DNA of 64,000 nucleotides, taken from Pavona decussata (lineage: Eukaryota). The stretch covers positions 2,790,001 to 2,854,000 of the forward strand of contig CDRNST010000088.1 in assembly GCA_977016875.1 (NCBI GenBank), written 5' to 3'. A model generated the notes under the pieces. The model searched no databases and was not told the origin of the DNA. It saw only the letters and a program-made list of their open reading frames with translations. Positions within the stretch are counted from its first letter, which is position 1. Each line of letters opens with the position of its first letter. This document shows, in pieces, positions 24,867 to 36,620 of the stretch. A program made the position numbers and the translations under genes.

Positions 24867-27279
24867 CCGTATTTTTTCGGCTATAAGGCAAACTCGGTTA
24901 TAAGACGCACCTTTAACTTTAAAACACGATTGTAACAAGTTTGAAAAATAAAAATTTCATCTAAATACCCGGTTATAAGACGCAACCAGAACTACAGGAA
25001 AATTTTTGACCACATTCACTGTTATTACAACAATCTGCTTCCAAATTTGCTAATTACGGTCGTTTGGCGCTTGTATAAAACAGAAGCGAAAAAGTAACAC
25101 ATTATGAACAATAGCAAAAAAAGTCACACATGAACAAAAGCGAAAAAGTCACACTTTTTAATTCACTAAAAGTCATCCTTCTTAGGAAACAGTGTTTTAC
25201 CTAAGTTATGAATACTGATTGATCCCTTTTTGCATTTATAAACACTCAGCTGATGAAACTTTCATTCACCAGTTACAAAACTGTGTAATCTTACTCTGTT
25301 CTTGGTCGTTCAGCAAACAGTAAATCAGTGATCATGCCAAGCACTCGTCGCCATTCTTATAATCTAAACTTTAAGTTGAATTTCGTAGCAGAAGCAGAAG
25401 CTGTGAACAACAATTGTGAAATTGCCCGCAAATACGGCATATCCGAATCGATGGTCCATAAATGGAGAAACCAACAGCGTGTCTCTTTCTTGGGCGAGTT
25501 AAAGATGGCTGCCAAACGTGCCTCGATGGGTCGTTACCGGCCAAAAGATTCAGAACTTGACCAACAGTTGGCAGACTGGTTTAGCGATCAAAGAAGCCAA
25601 GGTAAAATTCTGCACTCAACTAAGTATTGTCATTGATAACTACACTGCTCAATTTACCGTTACCATTTATATACCTTTCGCTGATTACTTTGCTTTTATA
25701 TTTGCAGGTCTATCAGTAAACAGCGTGATGCTTCGGCTGAAGGCGAAGGAACTCAGCTCCGATCCAGAGTTCAAGGCATCCCTTGGATGGTACACAAATT
25801 GGAAACGTCACCATGCAATTTCCATGAGAGCAAAGACAACTTTGGCGCAGCGCTTACCAGCCGATATGGAGGAAAAGGTGGTGGAATTCCATCGGTTTGT
25901 GCTGAGATCCCGACAGCGTTGCCGCTACGAGTCCAGCCACATCCTGAACATGGACGAAACCCCAATGCAATTCGAGTTGCCAGCCACGAGAACACTGGAG
26001 TTTAGTGGAAACCGGACAGTGCCGATTTTATCCTGCAGTGGCGATAAGCAAAGTTTCACAGTCGTCCTAGCAGTGAGGGCAAATGGTCAAAAACTTCCAC
26101 CAAAGGTGATCTTCAAGGGCATTCGCTAGCTACGAATTGAGATCCCACCGAGAATGCAGGTTTCCGTACACAAGAAGGGCTGGATGGACGAAGAAGGTTT
26201 GTTCTTATTTACCTTTATCATAAGTATCAGAGTATTTTATCGGTCATGATGGATGCTTTGTTAACGCGTTGTGGTATATTCGGGGGAACGAGGTTGAGAA
26301 TTTGCTTTGATTCTTTCTGACATAAATCATTTCAAGCACGTGCTTTTAGCTTTGTTTGCGTTAGCAGTCATCAGCAAAGTCACATCAAATCTCGCTATTG
26401 ATTTAGATTACCGATGCGTTACAAGTGACATGAATTCTGATTCTTTTATTGTAGTCTAATCGGAGTCGTTTTTCTTGACATTTGTAGGAACCAAGGAGTG
26501 GATTTGGACGAATATTCGTTTCACGCCAGAACGTCGAGTGCTTCTCGTATGAGATTCCTTTTGCGCCCATTTAATGGATGGAGTGAAAGATCTCCTTTCC
26601 AGAAGAAACGTCAATGTTGCCGTCATTCCTGGTGGACTAACTCCAGTTCTACAGCCCCTGGATAAGTGCATCAACAAGCCGTTTAAAGCAAAGGTCTGTG
26701 CACAGTACGCAGCCTGGATGGTCAACGGCCCGTTTACCTACACGCCTTCTGGAAAGAAGCGGGCGCCCAGCAAAGAGAGAGTGTTGCGATGGATTGATCG
26801 AGCTTGGAGCGAAATCCTAGCAGAGCTGATAGCAAAATCCTTCAAATCCTGTGGCATCGCCAATGCTCTTGATGGCACTGAAGATGAAGCAATTTGGGAC
26901 GGCGAGGGAGAAGGAACGGAAGATGCAGAAGACGCCGTTGACAACGAGTTTGAGACGGAGAGCAAAGGCGAGGACAACGAATAGCCGAGCTCAGCTGAGA
27001 TTACAAATAAAACGGTTCTTCTCAGAGCCACCCCAGTTCTTTTCAGAACCAACAAATTTGATAAAGTCAATGACCAATATTTGTTTTGTGTCTTTTGTTT
27101 ATTTATCTATTTACCCGTATTTCGGTTTAGCGTTAATAATCAGGGAAATTTGGGAAAATTATATTTTGTTACGCGAAGATACTCAGCTATAAGACGCATC
27201 CCCTGTTTCGAGCTTATTTAGATTGAACAAGCATATTTGCTATTAAAAAATGCTGCGCCTTATAGCCGAATAAATACGG
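24867..27279 (+). mobile_element. pogo (POGK-like, BrkDBD + CENP-B HTH + DDE_1) transposon; 3-exon transposase pseudogene
   Basis: 23-bp TIR CCGTATTT(T/A)TTCGGCTATAAGGC with TA TSD. Introns 25602-25707 and 26197-26487. Motifs NMDETP, KGWMD, LLV*DSF and PGGLTPVLQPLD. Premature stops. Confidence 0.93.
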
Positions 27280-28893
27280 TATCTATTGTTAAAGTTACAA
27301 CTTGTAGAAAACTGTTGAGTTTACCTTCTTTAAAGGTTAATCATCTTCTTTAAACATGCCTCGTCCTTGTCCTCGCCAAGAGCCTTTACAAATTCCCAGA
27401 ATCGATTTCCATGATATGTCTTGGGGTACAGAACCTTCACGTACCCACAAGTTGGACTCCCTTCCCCAGCGAGGATGAGGAACATAAAAGAGTACTTTGA
27501 TTGTCATCGTTCTTGAGCGGACGGTCTGAACGAGGGCCCTCCACGGTTCAACATCACCGCCTTTCACAAGAACCATATCTCCTTCTATTGGCCAGGAAGG
27601 AAGGCACAGTAACAGAAGTGATTGGAAAGTCAGGGCGATGATAGTCAATGCAAACCAAGTTCCTGGGGCCATCCTCAAATAGAATGACATGCCTTCTAAT
27701 GTTGGTTGCATGGCGTACCACTCAGTTCCTGAGAGTTGTGCAACCAGATGTTTTGACCAAGAATGTCGGGCTGGCTGATTGTCAGTCAGTACATATTGAA
27801 ATGCATCTCCAATAATGATAACTTCATACTCGCCGTGCACTTGTATTCCTAGTATCTGTGTCATTGTCAGTACATCAAAACCATTTTTCCTGCTTTCGGT
27901 GATAACAGAGTCACCTGCTTTGAAGGTCTTGCCACTGTTTCTACACTTCCCAGTAAAACAAATGCCACGACATTCACACGCAACATCAGACAAATCATCA
28001 TCAGCTGCTGTAATTCCTTTTTCCTCATACAGCATCTGTAGCACCTCATTTCTTTGTGCTCTGTCACTCCAGTGTACTCCATTCAGATGGCCAACAACAA
28101 AGAATTCAGGTAATAGCTGGTCTCTCCTTTCAATTGGAATAGAAGCAACAATTGAGGACATTTCTGACAGACTTGAACAAAATTGTACTAACACTGGTCC
28201 AACAGATACATCTTCATTAGATCTTGAATTAATTGATTCCCGTACTTTTAAAATCTCCCTCCTCAATTCAGTTCTGGCAAAAGTCAGTTCAATGTTTTTA
28301 TGATTGTTTGATATAGAGATGTACCTTGCTACAGCCCTCTCAAAATCATAACACCAATAATTGTCTGGGGATCCAAAATTCATGGCATCCTCATGAATAT
28401 GAGTGGGCAGATGATTGACTAAATGACAGTTGGACAGTCCATATCGTTCTTCAAGCAAAATGTTATAGCGGAGACACATGTCTTTGAAAACAATAGCAGA
28501 ATTGAGATTCCATCCATTTCGTCCTTGATAGTAAAGAAACTCAACAATACGTGGAAGTGTCTCCCATACTTCATAGTCTTGGTCATTAATTATGCCCCCT
28601 AACACCAGTTCAGAAACTGGGAAAGCAAACTTCTCCCAGTTCTCTGCTTTCCAAAAAACAGTACGGTTGAGGTTAGAAGGGTATCGTGATGCACGTAAAT
28701 CAGAACTCCAAGGAAACTTTGTTAAGCTTTCTTGTAAAGCATTCCTGTCAGTTGCTTCCTCATTTCAAATGTATGTCAAATGGTGCTTGGTAATTCCAAG
28801 AGAAACTGTGTGCTTTACATCAATGATGCAGTCACGCTGAATATCAAAGCCATACAATCTGGTTAATCTATACAAAATAGACAAGCCTGTATG

Positions 28894-28956
28894 TTCTTCT
28901 TCTTCTTCTTCTTCTTCTTCTTCTTCTTCTTCTTCTTCTTCTTCTTCTTCTTCTTC
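28894..28956 (+). repeat. (TTC)21 microsatellite, read as poly-Glu in the EnSpm transposase
   Basis: Perfect trinucleotide run. Confidence 0.95.
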
Positions 28957-29172
28957 TTTTTCTTGAAGAATATCTTCTTTGATTATGCGGCTTGGCCATG
29001 GAAATCTTGCTGCTCTACGATAGTCTCCATAATCATAAGTTACTTCTTCACTTGCACGTTTGTAACCACACTCACATCTTCGACATGGAGACTTCCCACA
29101 AAATTTTGATTTACAAAGTTCACACATTGCTGGGTAATCAGCTGTGTAAAGTAAAACAAGATGTCTCAGCTT

Positions 29173-30736
29173 CAATCCTGGCCAAAAATAATGGGACGAT
29201 TTGCAAAATCAATCACGAACTGTTCCCGCCCCGCCCCCCCCCCCCCCCACCCCCAAGCAATGTTGTTACGATGCTGAGTTTATCTACAGTCTGAATGATT
29301 TCAGTTTCACTCAACATTGTTTGGGGGGAGGGGGGCTTTCCAAGAATTGCAAAGAAAGCTTAATAAAAATGTTAAAGACTGGCTTAAGATATGGAGAATG
29401 AAAATGTTCACTGACAATGCTATTTTGTGTTCCTGTCCCAGGAATTTTTGGCTGGGATTGTCTGAAAAAGTGGTTTTGCAAAAAACTCGTTATATCTTAA
29501 GAAAAGATAAATATTTCATGCGTTTTATTGCTTATACATGAAGTTAATGTTGTTTGAAGTCTTAAGGGTTACATATGGTCGCCTTTTTTACTCGTCATGG
29601 AAAAGAGGACATAGATCGCGCGTTCTTGTTGTAAGGCTTACCGTGCATATTTGCTAAGTGGAAACATTGGAATGTAAGTTACTGGTGGTCAACCACGTCA
29701 TATGGTGCGTATTTTTGCTTTGGCCAGTAATCAAGTCAAGAAAGTTACTCTTTTTACCCGTTGGGTAAGTTTGGCGCAAATAGCTTTAGCGTGATCTCAC
29801 CAAAATGCCAAACTGTGTCCTTATGGCCTTAGCAGGGGATCCCCACACGCTCATCTGAGGTACATTATGTAGACTGCATGGAAAGCAGACTTATCCTCAT
29901 AAACCGATATTTTGAGGAAGAAATTACAGCTAGAACATTACTAGTGTAGCAAATTGTTGGTATAAAAATTTACGCGGGCGTTTTTAAGTACTTTGGATGA
30001 TAGTCCTACCGCAGTGATAACATCGCACACCAGAATAGTAGGGGGAATTGCTTTAGTTCCATTTTCGTGCTTTCCCTTCAGGACGATAGAACCAACTAGT
30101 AGCGTAAGAACCTCAAGCAACACCGTCACATTACTTCTTTAACGTGGTTGTAGCTTTTCACTCAAATGTAAGGGAAAATAACTGCACTTCATACAAAGAC
30201 CGCTCCGTTCAAAGCCAGTTAAGCTGTAAGTCACGCACTGCGTGACATTGAACTTGTTATGTTTCAATACGTAACAGTTCTCGTGGTCATTTCTTGCTCA
30301 TTCAAATCGTTTTGCAGGGAAGAAACTGGCTTGTTTCCAGGTAAACTTTTCTCCCAATGAAAGAAAGATTGTTTCCCCTTCTATTCTACCCCTTTTGATC
30401 ACAGAACAAGTTCGTCTTAGTACTTTGGCAACATTTCTCACCCGTGTTGCAATAAAAAATCTAAGCTGATTTTGAATTACAACGATTTGCAAAATTAATC
30501 ACGAAATGTTCCCCCGCCCCCACCACCCCCAAGCAATGCTTTTACGATGCTGAGTTTATCTACATTCCGAATGATTCCAGTTGCGCTCAACATTGTTTGG
30601 GGGGAGGGGGCCTTTCCAAAAATTGCAAAGACAGCTTAATAAAAATGTTGAAGACTGGCTTAAGATATGGAGAATGAAAATGTTCACTGACAATGCTATT
30701 TCGTGTTCCTGTCCCGGGAATTTTTGGCCCGGATTG
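29173..30736. mobile_element. Composite non-autonomous TIR element: two direct copies of a ~290-bp MITE flanking about 1 kb
   Basis: Ends CAATCCTGGCCAAAAA / TTTTTGGCCCGGATTG; 2-bp TSD TT. Removing it restores AGPT-KLRHLVLL. Direct repeats at about 29195-29460 and 30482-30736. Confidence 0.85.
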
Positions 30737-32155
30737 TTGGTTGGCCCAGCTTTTTCCCATGGAGTATCAAGTGAGTAGTTTACCTCAATACCTTCAATAA
30801 AACCAGTCTCTATCTCTTCAATAAAAGGAGCATGAAATGGGTCAAGAGAAAGAGGTCTTTTGTTTGGAAGCACGTAGCAAGGTACAAATCCTACAACAAA
30901 AACCTCACTCTTGCATCTGTCTTCTTTGCACATTGTTGCAATTTGTACTTCCAAAGCACCGCAGCCATGATTCTCCTTGCCTGGAAACCGCTGGAACCCA
31001 TCCCAGTGGAGAATATATGCAACATTTGGTGGGTCACCATGTGCTTTTACTGGTTCATGCTCAAAAGTTTTATGGCACGAGGGGCAGGTTAATTTTTTCA
31101 GTCTTGATCCTGGAAGATATGGTTTCTCCTCCACATTAGCGGCAGGAAGGACAAACCTGCATTCTTTGTCTGGACAAAAAGTAGGTAAAGTCCAACTGTC
31201 ATCTGGGTTCCAGAACCATGTCAACTGGGAGAACCTCTTACCATCCCAAACTTCTTTCTTCATTTCCCAGTCCCAGTCCTCTGAGCTATTTTCATAAAGC
31301 TAGTGATCCTTTTCCTTCATGTGATAAGTCAGTTTTCTACACATTTCAGGATCCTTGCACCACAATTTCAACTTAGAGTCAAGACCAATGTAGTAGTAAG
31401 GTATTGTCCCTTGTTTCCCGCAATGAGGGCAAGGTTGTGAACTGCTTTCCATTTGCCCATAAAGGAAACGATGAGAGTCGTCTATACTAATAAAATACTG
31501 TTTTGCATCTTCATATCCCACTTTCTTTAAAACTTTCTCACATTCTGACCAGTCTTTTGGCCAGACGTTCTCCATTTCAGGTTGTGCCATCATAAAGAGT
31601 TTCTTGCCCCATTCCAAAATTTTTTCCGATCCAACCCGGGAGAGTTTCAATTCAAGCTGAAGTTTAAGGGCATCGAGAACTGCTTCTACTATCATGTCAG
31701 AAATGCTGTCCTCCTCTGCACTGGAGGCAATTTCCGCAGACTCGGGCTGAGAATGCGGCAGACATTGACTTCCATCGGCAGATTGCACATGCATGGGGCT
31801 TTCACATGGGATGTTTTCACTGCCATAATCTACTTCAGTAGTATACTCGAATTCATTATTTTCATTATCACTAAGACTACAAGCATCACTTTCGAATTCA
31901 ACTGGCCATGCACAGTTTTCAGACAAAGATGCATTCGGGGAGGAGCAAAGAGGAGTACCAGCTTGTAACAAATCGCCGCCATCAGTTACAGCTTGAGCGG
32001 TTATCTGAGTTGTCCTGGTGAAATGTCTGTAAGCAGTGGCTCTTGACACAGGTTTTCTGTTACAAATTTCGCACTCACAATGCACATGTGGCTGTACTTC
32101 GCTTATGTTGCATCGGCAGTAAAGAAACACTGGAGCAGACATTTTCCTCCGCCAT

Positions 32156-32316
32156 TGCTCATTTGTCCTGGGAAGGAGTGGACCTCACCTTCGTGTCCAG
32201 TCCGCCTAGTCCATTTTCAATCTCGTTCCCAGAGCTCGTGGGAAATTGTAGCCAATCAGCGTGTTCGGTACACAATAAATTCCAATTCCACAAAAACAGT
32301 CTTTCTCGCGGGCAAA
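32156..32316. promoter_or_regulatory. Putative bidirectional promoter of the EnSpm element
   Basis: About 160-bp gap between the divergent start codons, containing a CCAAT box (agccaatcag, about 32249). Confidence 0.45.
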
Positions 32317-35300
32317 ATGTCGAAAGCAGATGGAAGGAGGTTTCGTTCGGTTTTACCGGAAAACCCAGCCAAAATCATCGCCAAAGGCGATTCACCTAAA
32401 GATAAAGAGTCCAGTTCGAGTGATCAATCCGACGATTCTGTTTCAGTTTTCGATAATTCATTTTCACAATCACTTACTCAAAGAACACCAAATCTAAGGA
32501 TGGAAAATGTGCGCCAAAACAGATCCTTCAGTAATCTATCCTTGAGTCCTACCTCCAGTCGTGGCGAGATTGTTTCAGGTTTGTGACTGTATTTTTGCAC
32601 ATTCTCTTATCTTAGTTTTTGATTAAATAGTGGCATTTGCTAAATATTTCGTTTTCTCGCTTTGCCTCTTAGAGTGGACTATCGCCGATGTGAAAGAGTG
32701 GAGTTTTGAAACGCTGGGGAGCGAAGCTATCACCCAAAACTTCGAGAGGGAAGAAGTGGACGGACGAGTTCTCCTGTCATCTACAGTACGCACAAATGAG
32801 TCAATGGAAACCTTGGGTCTTACAACTATTGGAAAAAAAGAAAAGTTTTTGGATGAAACAAAAAAACTTGTAGGTATGATTACCTTGATATTGAATTATT
32901 ATTTATCTTGCATGTATGGAGGTACTAAAATTTTTCAGCGAATGTATTGACTGAAACCATTATTGATAACTTTTTTCTAAGTTTTAACAGTGATATTAAG
33001 CTTAAGTTATGTGGAAATAAAATGACCAATTTGCAAAATTATATGCGAACATGAAACCCCCAACAACTCACCAAATTCTTACAACATGTACGTTTTCGAA
33101 CGATTTTATAATTCTGTCGCAACCACATGACTATTTGTACAATTGTACAATTAAATAGGAGTTTATCGTAGCCACTACAGTGCAAAATCGTTATTTTGAA
33201 TTGTTTTTCAAAAATCTTTTGCACTTGTACATTCACAACTAAACATTGTAGTGTGTTTATTTTCCATAAAGTTCTGTGGGCCAGTTTATTGTGTGTGGAT
33301 TGGTATTTGGAATACAAGTAATGCTAACCTTTTCTAAAACTTTTTGTCCTTCTTTTGAAAACATTTGAGAAATTTTGCTTGTGTAGAGGCCTTACCGGTC
33401 ATACCAAGTGTAAGTGGAACAGCTGTGGTGCCACAAAAAGTGAAATGTTGCTCTCCAAGCCCCCCAAAAGACAGGAGAAGCTGAAATCACAAGACATAAA
33501 GAAACTGGATCCTGCAACTAAAACAGTTTATCTGAGAGTGTAAGTATGGTACTCTCACACAGCACAGGGTATTCTCCGTACTATTGCCTAATTTCATCTT
33601 TAAAATTGCATTGCAGGCTTTTAAAAAATGCGAAATGCAGTAGTGGAAGTTTTTCCAGGAGATGAAATACCTTCACTTCGCTCCAATGCTGATGTAAAAG
33701 CAAAAGTTGACAGATTAGTAGACAAACTTGTGGATGAAGGCAGCTGCTGCATTCAGTCCTTGAATTTTGGAAGAGGTTTGAGATTTTAGTATTTGTTTAC
33801 ATCATTAGGGGTGATGAATGGTAAATTCATGACTATGAGACACTACAAATTTCTGTGATACCAAGACTTTCTTAACCTTGGAATTGAAATGAAATCAAGA
33901 CTTCTAGATGGCTTTTGGAAATTCTCCAGACTGCAAGATCCATGAAATTTGAGGATTCACACTTTTGAATGACTAGTGGCACGCCTGACTTTTTTAACTT
34001 ATGAGGGTTCTAGCTTAGTTTTAAAGTGACGATCATTTCCTGTAGTTTTGTGGCATTAACTAGTCTTCAAATCTGCACTGTTTGATTTTCTGGATTGGTT
34101 TGTTACAAACCTTTTCCTTGTAGAGATAGAATAAGACCAGGATTCAAGGTCATTAATTTCAGTGTCTCCTCCCTGTCAAGTTGCTGTGGTGACGTGGCAA
34201 ATAGCAACTCAGAAATTAACAAGTTATATGTTGCAGAACTTGCTGATGTGGAACAGAAATTTAAGTGGCTTACCAAATAAATTCAACACTATATTTTTTT
34301 AATCAAATGTCAAACTTGTTCATTTGAGTCTTGATCATTCTTATAACATGCACGCAAAATGCATGGTATAAACCAGCCCTTATAGGATGCTTAGTACAAT
34401 GTGACAGTTGACTGCTGTTTATCTCATGTTTTGGACTGAAAGCTAAACATTGGGAAGTGTTATGTTTATTGTGTAGTTCCAGAAAATATCCATACTCCCC
34501 CCATGGAAGGTTTTTTGTTTTGCACCCCCTCGCTCCCCAGGAAATTCCAGTTTTGCTTCATACTTTTGTCCTAAAAGTTGGGCTTTTAAGATCCACCTCC
34601 CCCTAGGAATTTCCAATGACCATCCATGGGGGGAGTATGGATACTTTCTGGAACCACACTTTGCAAAGTATAAAGTTCTGTGGTTTGCTATAAAGAAGAG
34701 GTTTAAAGATATCTTCTGAATTTGATTATCATAATGGTAATATCATTTGTTACACATTACTGTCTTTTTTTTCTACCAGATGGTATCCGTCAACACATCA
34801 TGAATGTTCTTTACGAAAGAAAGAGAATGGTTAGGTTGGGACACTCCTATGAAGAGGTTTGTTCAACAAACAGTTTACGTAATATAATGTATGTTGTGAC
34901 ATGTCATTATTGCAGCCAGAGGTAGAGTTTTCCTTGTGTACAAGTAGATTTCATTTTTATGTCCATTCAAGGTTTGATGTTGTCTCAGGTACCCGGCATC
35001 ATATAAACAGGCCCTTAGCTATATAGAAAGGTTTATAATACTAATATAGCTATGTTTTCCTTTCAGAAAAAAAGGCAAAAAAAAGCATTCATCTGCTGGT
35101 AGTGCTAGTACAAGTGGTTACTCAGATGCTGGAAGAGATACTGACATCCTGTCAGGTTCATCAGATGACGAGACAGGATCTGATGGTAAGGTAATGTAAC
35201 TTTTTTGTTGCACTTTGCAAAATTACTGTATTGTGGGCAGCCATTTTGTTCCCAGTAGAAATTCTTAGTCACAAATCATTTATTTGCAATCTCTGTCGTT

Positions 35301-35943
35301 GGGACAAATGTATTGCTGCAGAAAATATTCCTTTACCCCCCCCCCCCCCCCCCCAGCAATGAAGTTGTTTTAATTCCAACCCCCTGGCCTGCATCCTCTG
35401 CAATTCCAGTTAGACCCCTTCAATGGGCTAGGTATGGATATTTCCTGGAGCTGCGCAATAACCGCTTGAAAGTTTTGGTGATACAAGTTGAAGTCAGTTG
35501 ACAATCTGTAACAGTTAATTATTCATACACTTAGATTCACAGTGTAGGAATACTTTTTCTCTGGAAGTTGGTTTCCTTTGTATTTTTTCTAAGACACTGT
35601 TGTCCAATCAACAGCTACAAGCTCCTCTTTCCCTCTGCAGTCAGCAGATCAAGTAGTTTGTAAAGTGTTTGGGAAGACATCATCAAGTCATGTGTAGTTG
35701 CACCGTCATATCATACCTGCATGCAGATATCTGAAGATAAAAGGAATAAGAGGGAAGTCTAAAGTACATTGTGTAAAAATGCTGGCGTCAGGTTTAGTGG
35801 AACAGAAGTTTGTTACAATGGAGACTGAAAAGAAAGTGTTTGCAAATGATGACATTAAGGTGATAACAGATAGAAACTTGCCTGATTCAGTTAGGGTTTG
35901 GCAGGAATCTAGCAAAAATAAGGAAAATACGCCTATTAATTAA
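32317..35943 (+). pseudogene. EnSpm accessory gene (about 7 exons) with a SAM (sterile alpha motif) domain, degraded
   Basis: Exons of about 32317-32578, 32673-32873, 33387-33539, 33618-33775, 34780-34856, 35068-35186 and 35641-35943, all GT-AG bounded. Exon 2 is WTIADVKEW...QNFEREEVDGRVLL...LGLTTIGKKEKFL, matching the SAM consensus W...V..W...F...EIDG..LL...LG...G. Confidence 0.7.
34470..34660. mobile_element. MITE with 37-bp TIR (related copies at about 35305-35459 and split at about 23950-24011 / 46253-46290)
   Basis: GTGT(A/G)GTTCCAGAAA(A/G)TATCCATACTCCCCCCATGGA occurs inverted at both ends. Confidence 0.8.
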
Positions 35944-36620
35944 TGTCAAAGATTTTCTCGAAGTGATTTCATACTTCTCTGCAGCACTAGCTGAGACAAT
36001 AGCAGTGTGGAGATGCAAATGTCAATTATCTCAAGCCCAACTGGGAGGACGAGACGGTAGTAATGCGTGTACCTTGATTGCAATCGTTTCGGGAAGAATG
36101 TTCTGTCTGAATGAGGGACAGTTGTCTGCAGGTACCAGTAATCCTCTGAAAAATTCTTGGTTTCATGCCTTAGCAAATGCCATTGTTGACGGAAACAATG
36201 TATGACAAGAACATGTCAGGCCAATCGTCATGCATAGGTTACTTAGAGGTTGAAGCAGCTTGTTTACTGGCTCCGAGAGAGTTAAAAGTTTGTCACATTT
36301 TTGAACCTCTTCCCGTTTGGTTTACCAAAGATTTGGATCCAGTATCAGCAACAATTGACTATCAACTCTTGCTATTTTCACTTAAGGAAAGGAAGCAATG
36401 TTCAACATTAACATCAAATGGAAAATCAAGTGTTATTTTAAGTGAAGGAAATGGAAAACTTATGCTTATAGACACCCATAATGACATTTTGTCCAACTGT
36501 GGCTCAAACTTTGTTACCGGAAATGTGCAACGGTTAGCACAGCTTCTCAGAAAGGAAGCTCTTCAGTTTCCTTATAAATTAAGATATGGAGTATTAACAG
36601 TAGTTGAATTTTTGACATAG
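35942..36620 (+). pseudogene. Papain-fold cysteine peptidase resembling herpesvirus tegument deubiquitinase (peptidase C76-like), one frameshift at about 36198
   Basis: LSQAQLGGRDGSNACTLIA (Gln and Cys box), AIVDGNxxYD helix and LMLIDTH (D-x-H, like FDSH/FDPH of C76). Confidence 0.6.

Larger units (their letters stand above)
27337..32155 (-). pseudogene. EnSpm/CACTA transposase (Transposase_21/DUF4218-like), interrupted at 29173-30736
   Basis: N-terminal CxC..HxHCxCxxC; CPHCG; EVWDG; YILHWDGF; LLYTADYPAMCELC; CRRC; IIDVKH; WKAE; HLPTHIHED..FGSPDNYWCYDFERAV. A few stops and frameshifts. Confidence 0.88.

Noticed and set aside
28891-29109. Poly-Phe ORF
   Set aside because: Antisense reading of the (GAA)n microsatellite.
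29195-30736. LTR retrotransposon or TRIM (direct repeats flanking 1 kb)
   Set aside because: Ends are CA...TG inverted repeats with a 2-bp TSD, not TG...CA with a 4-6 bp TSD; no PBS or PPT seen.
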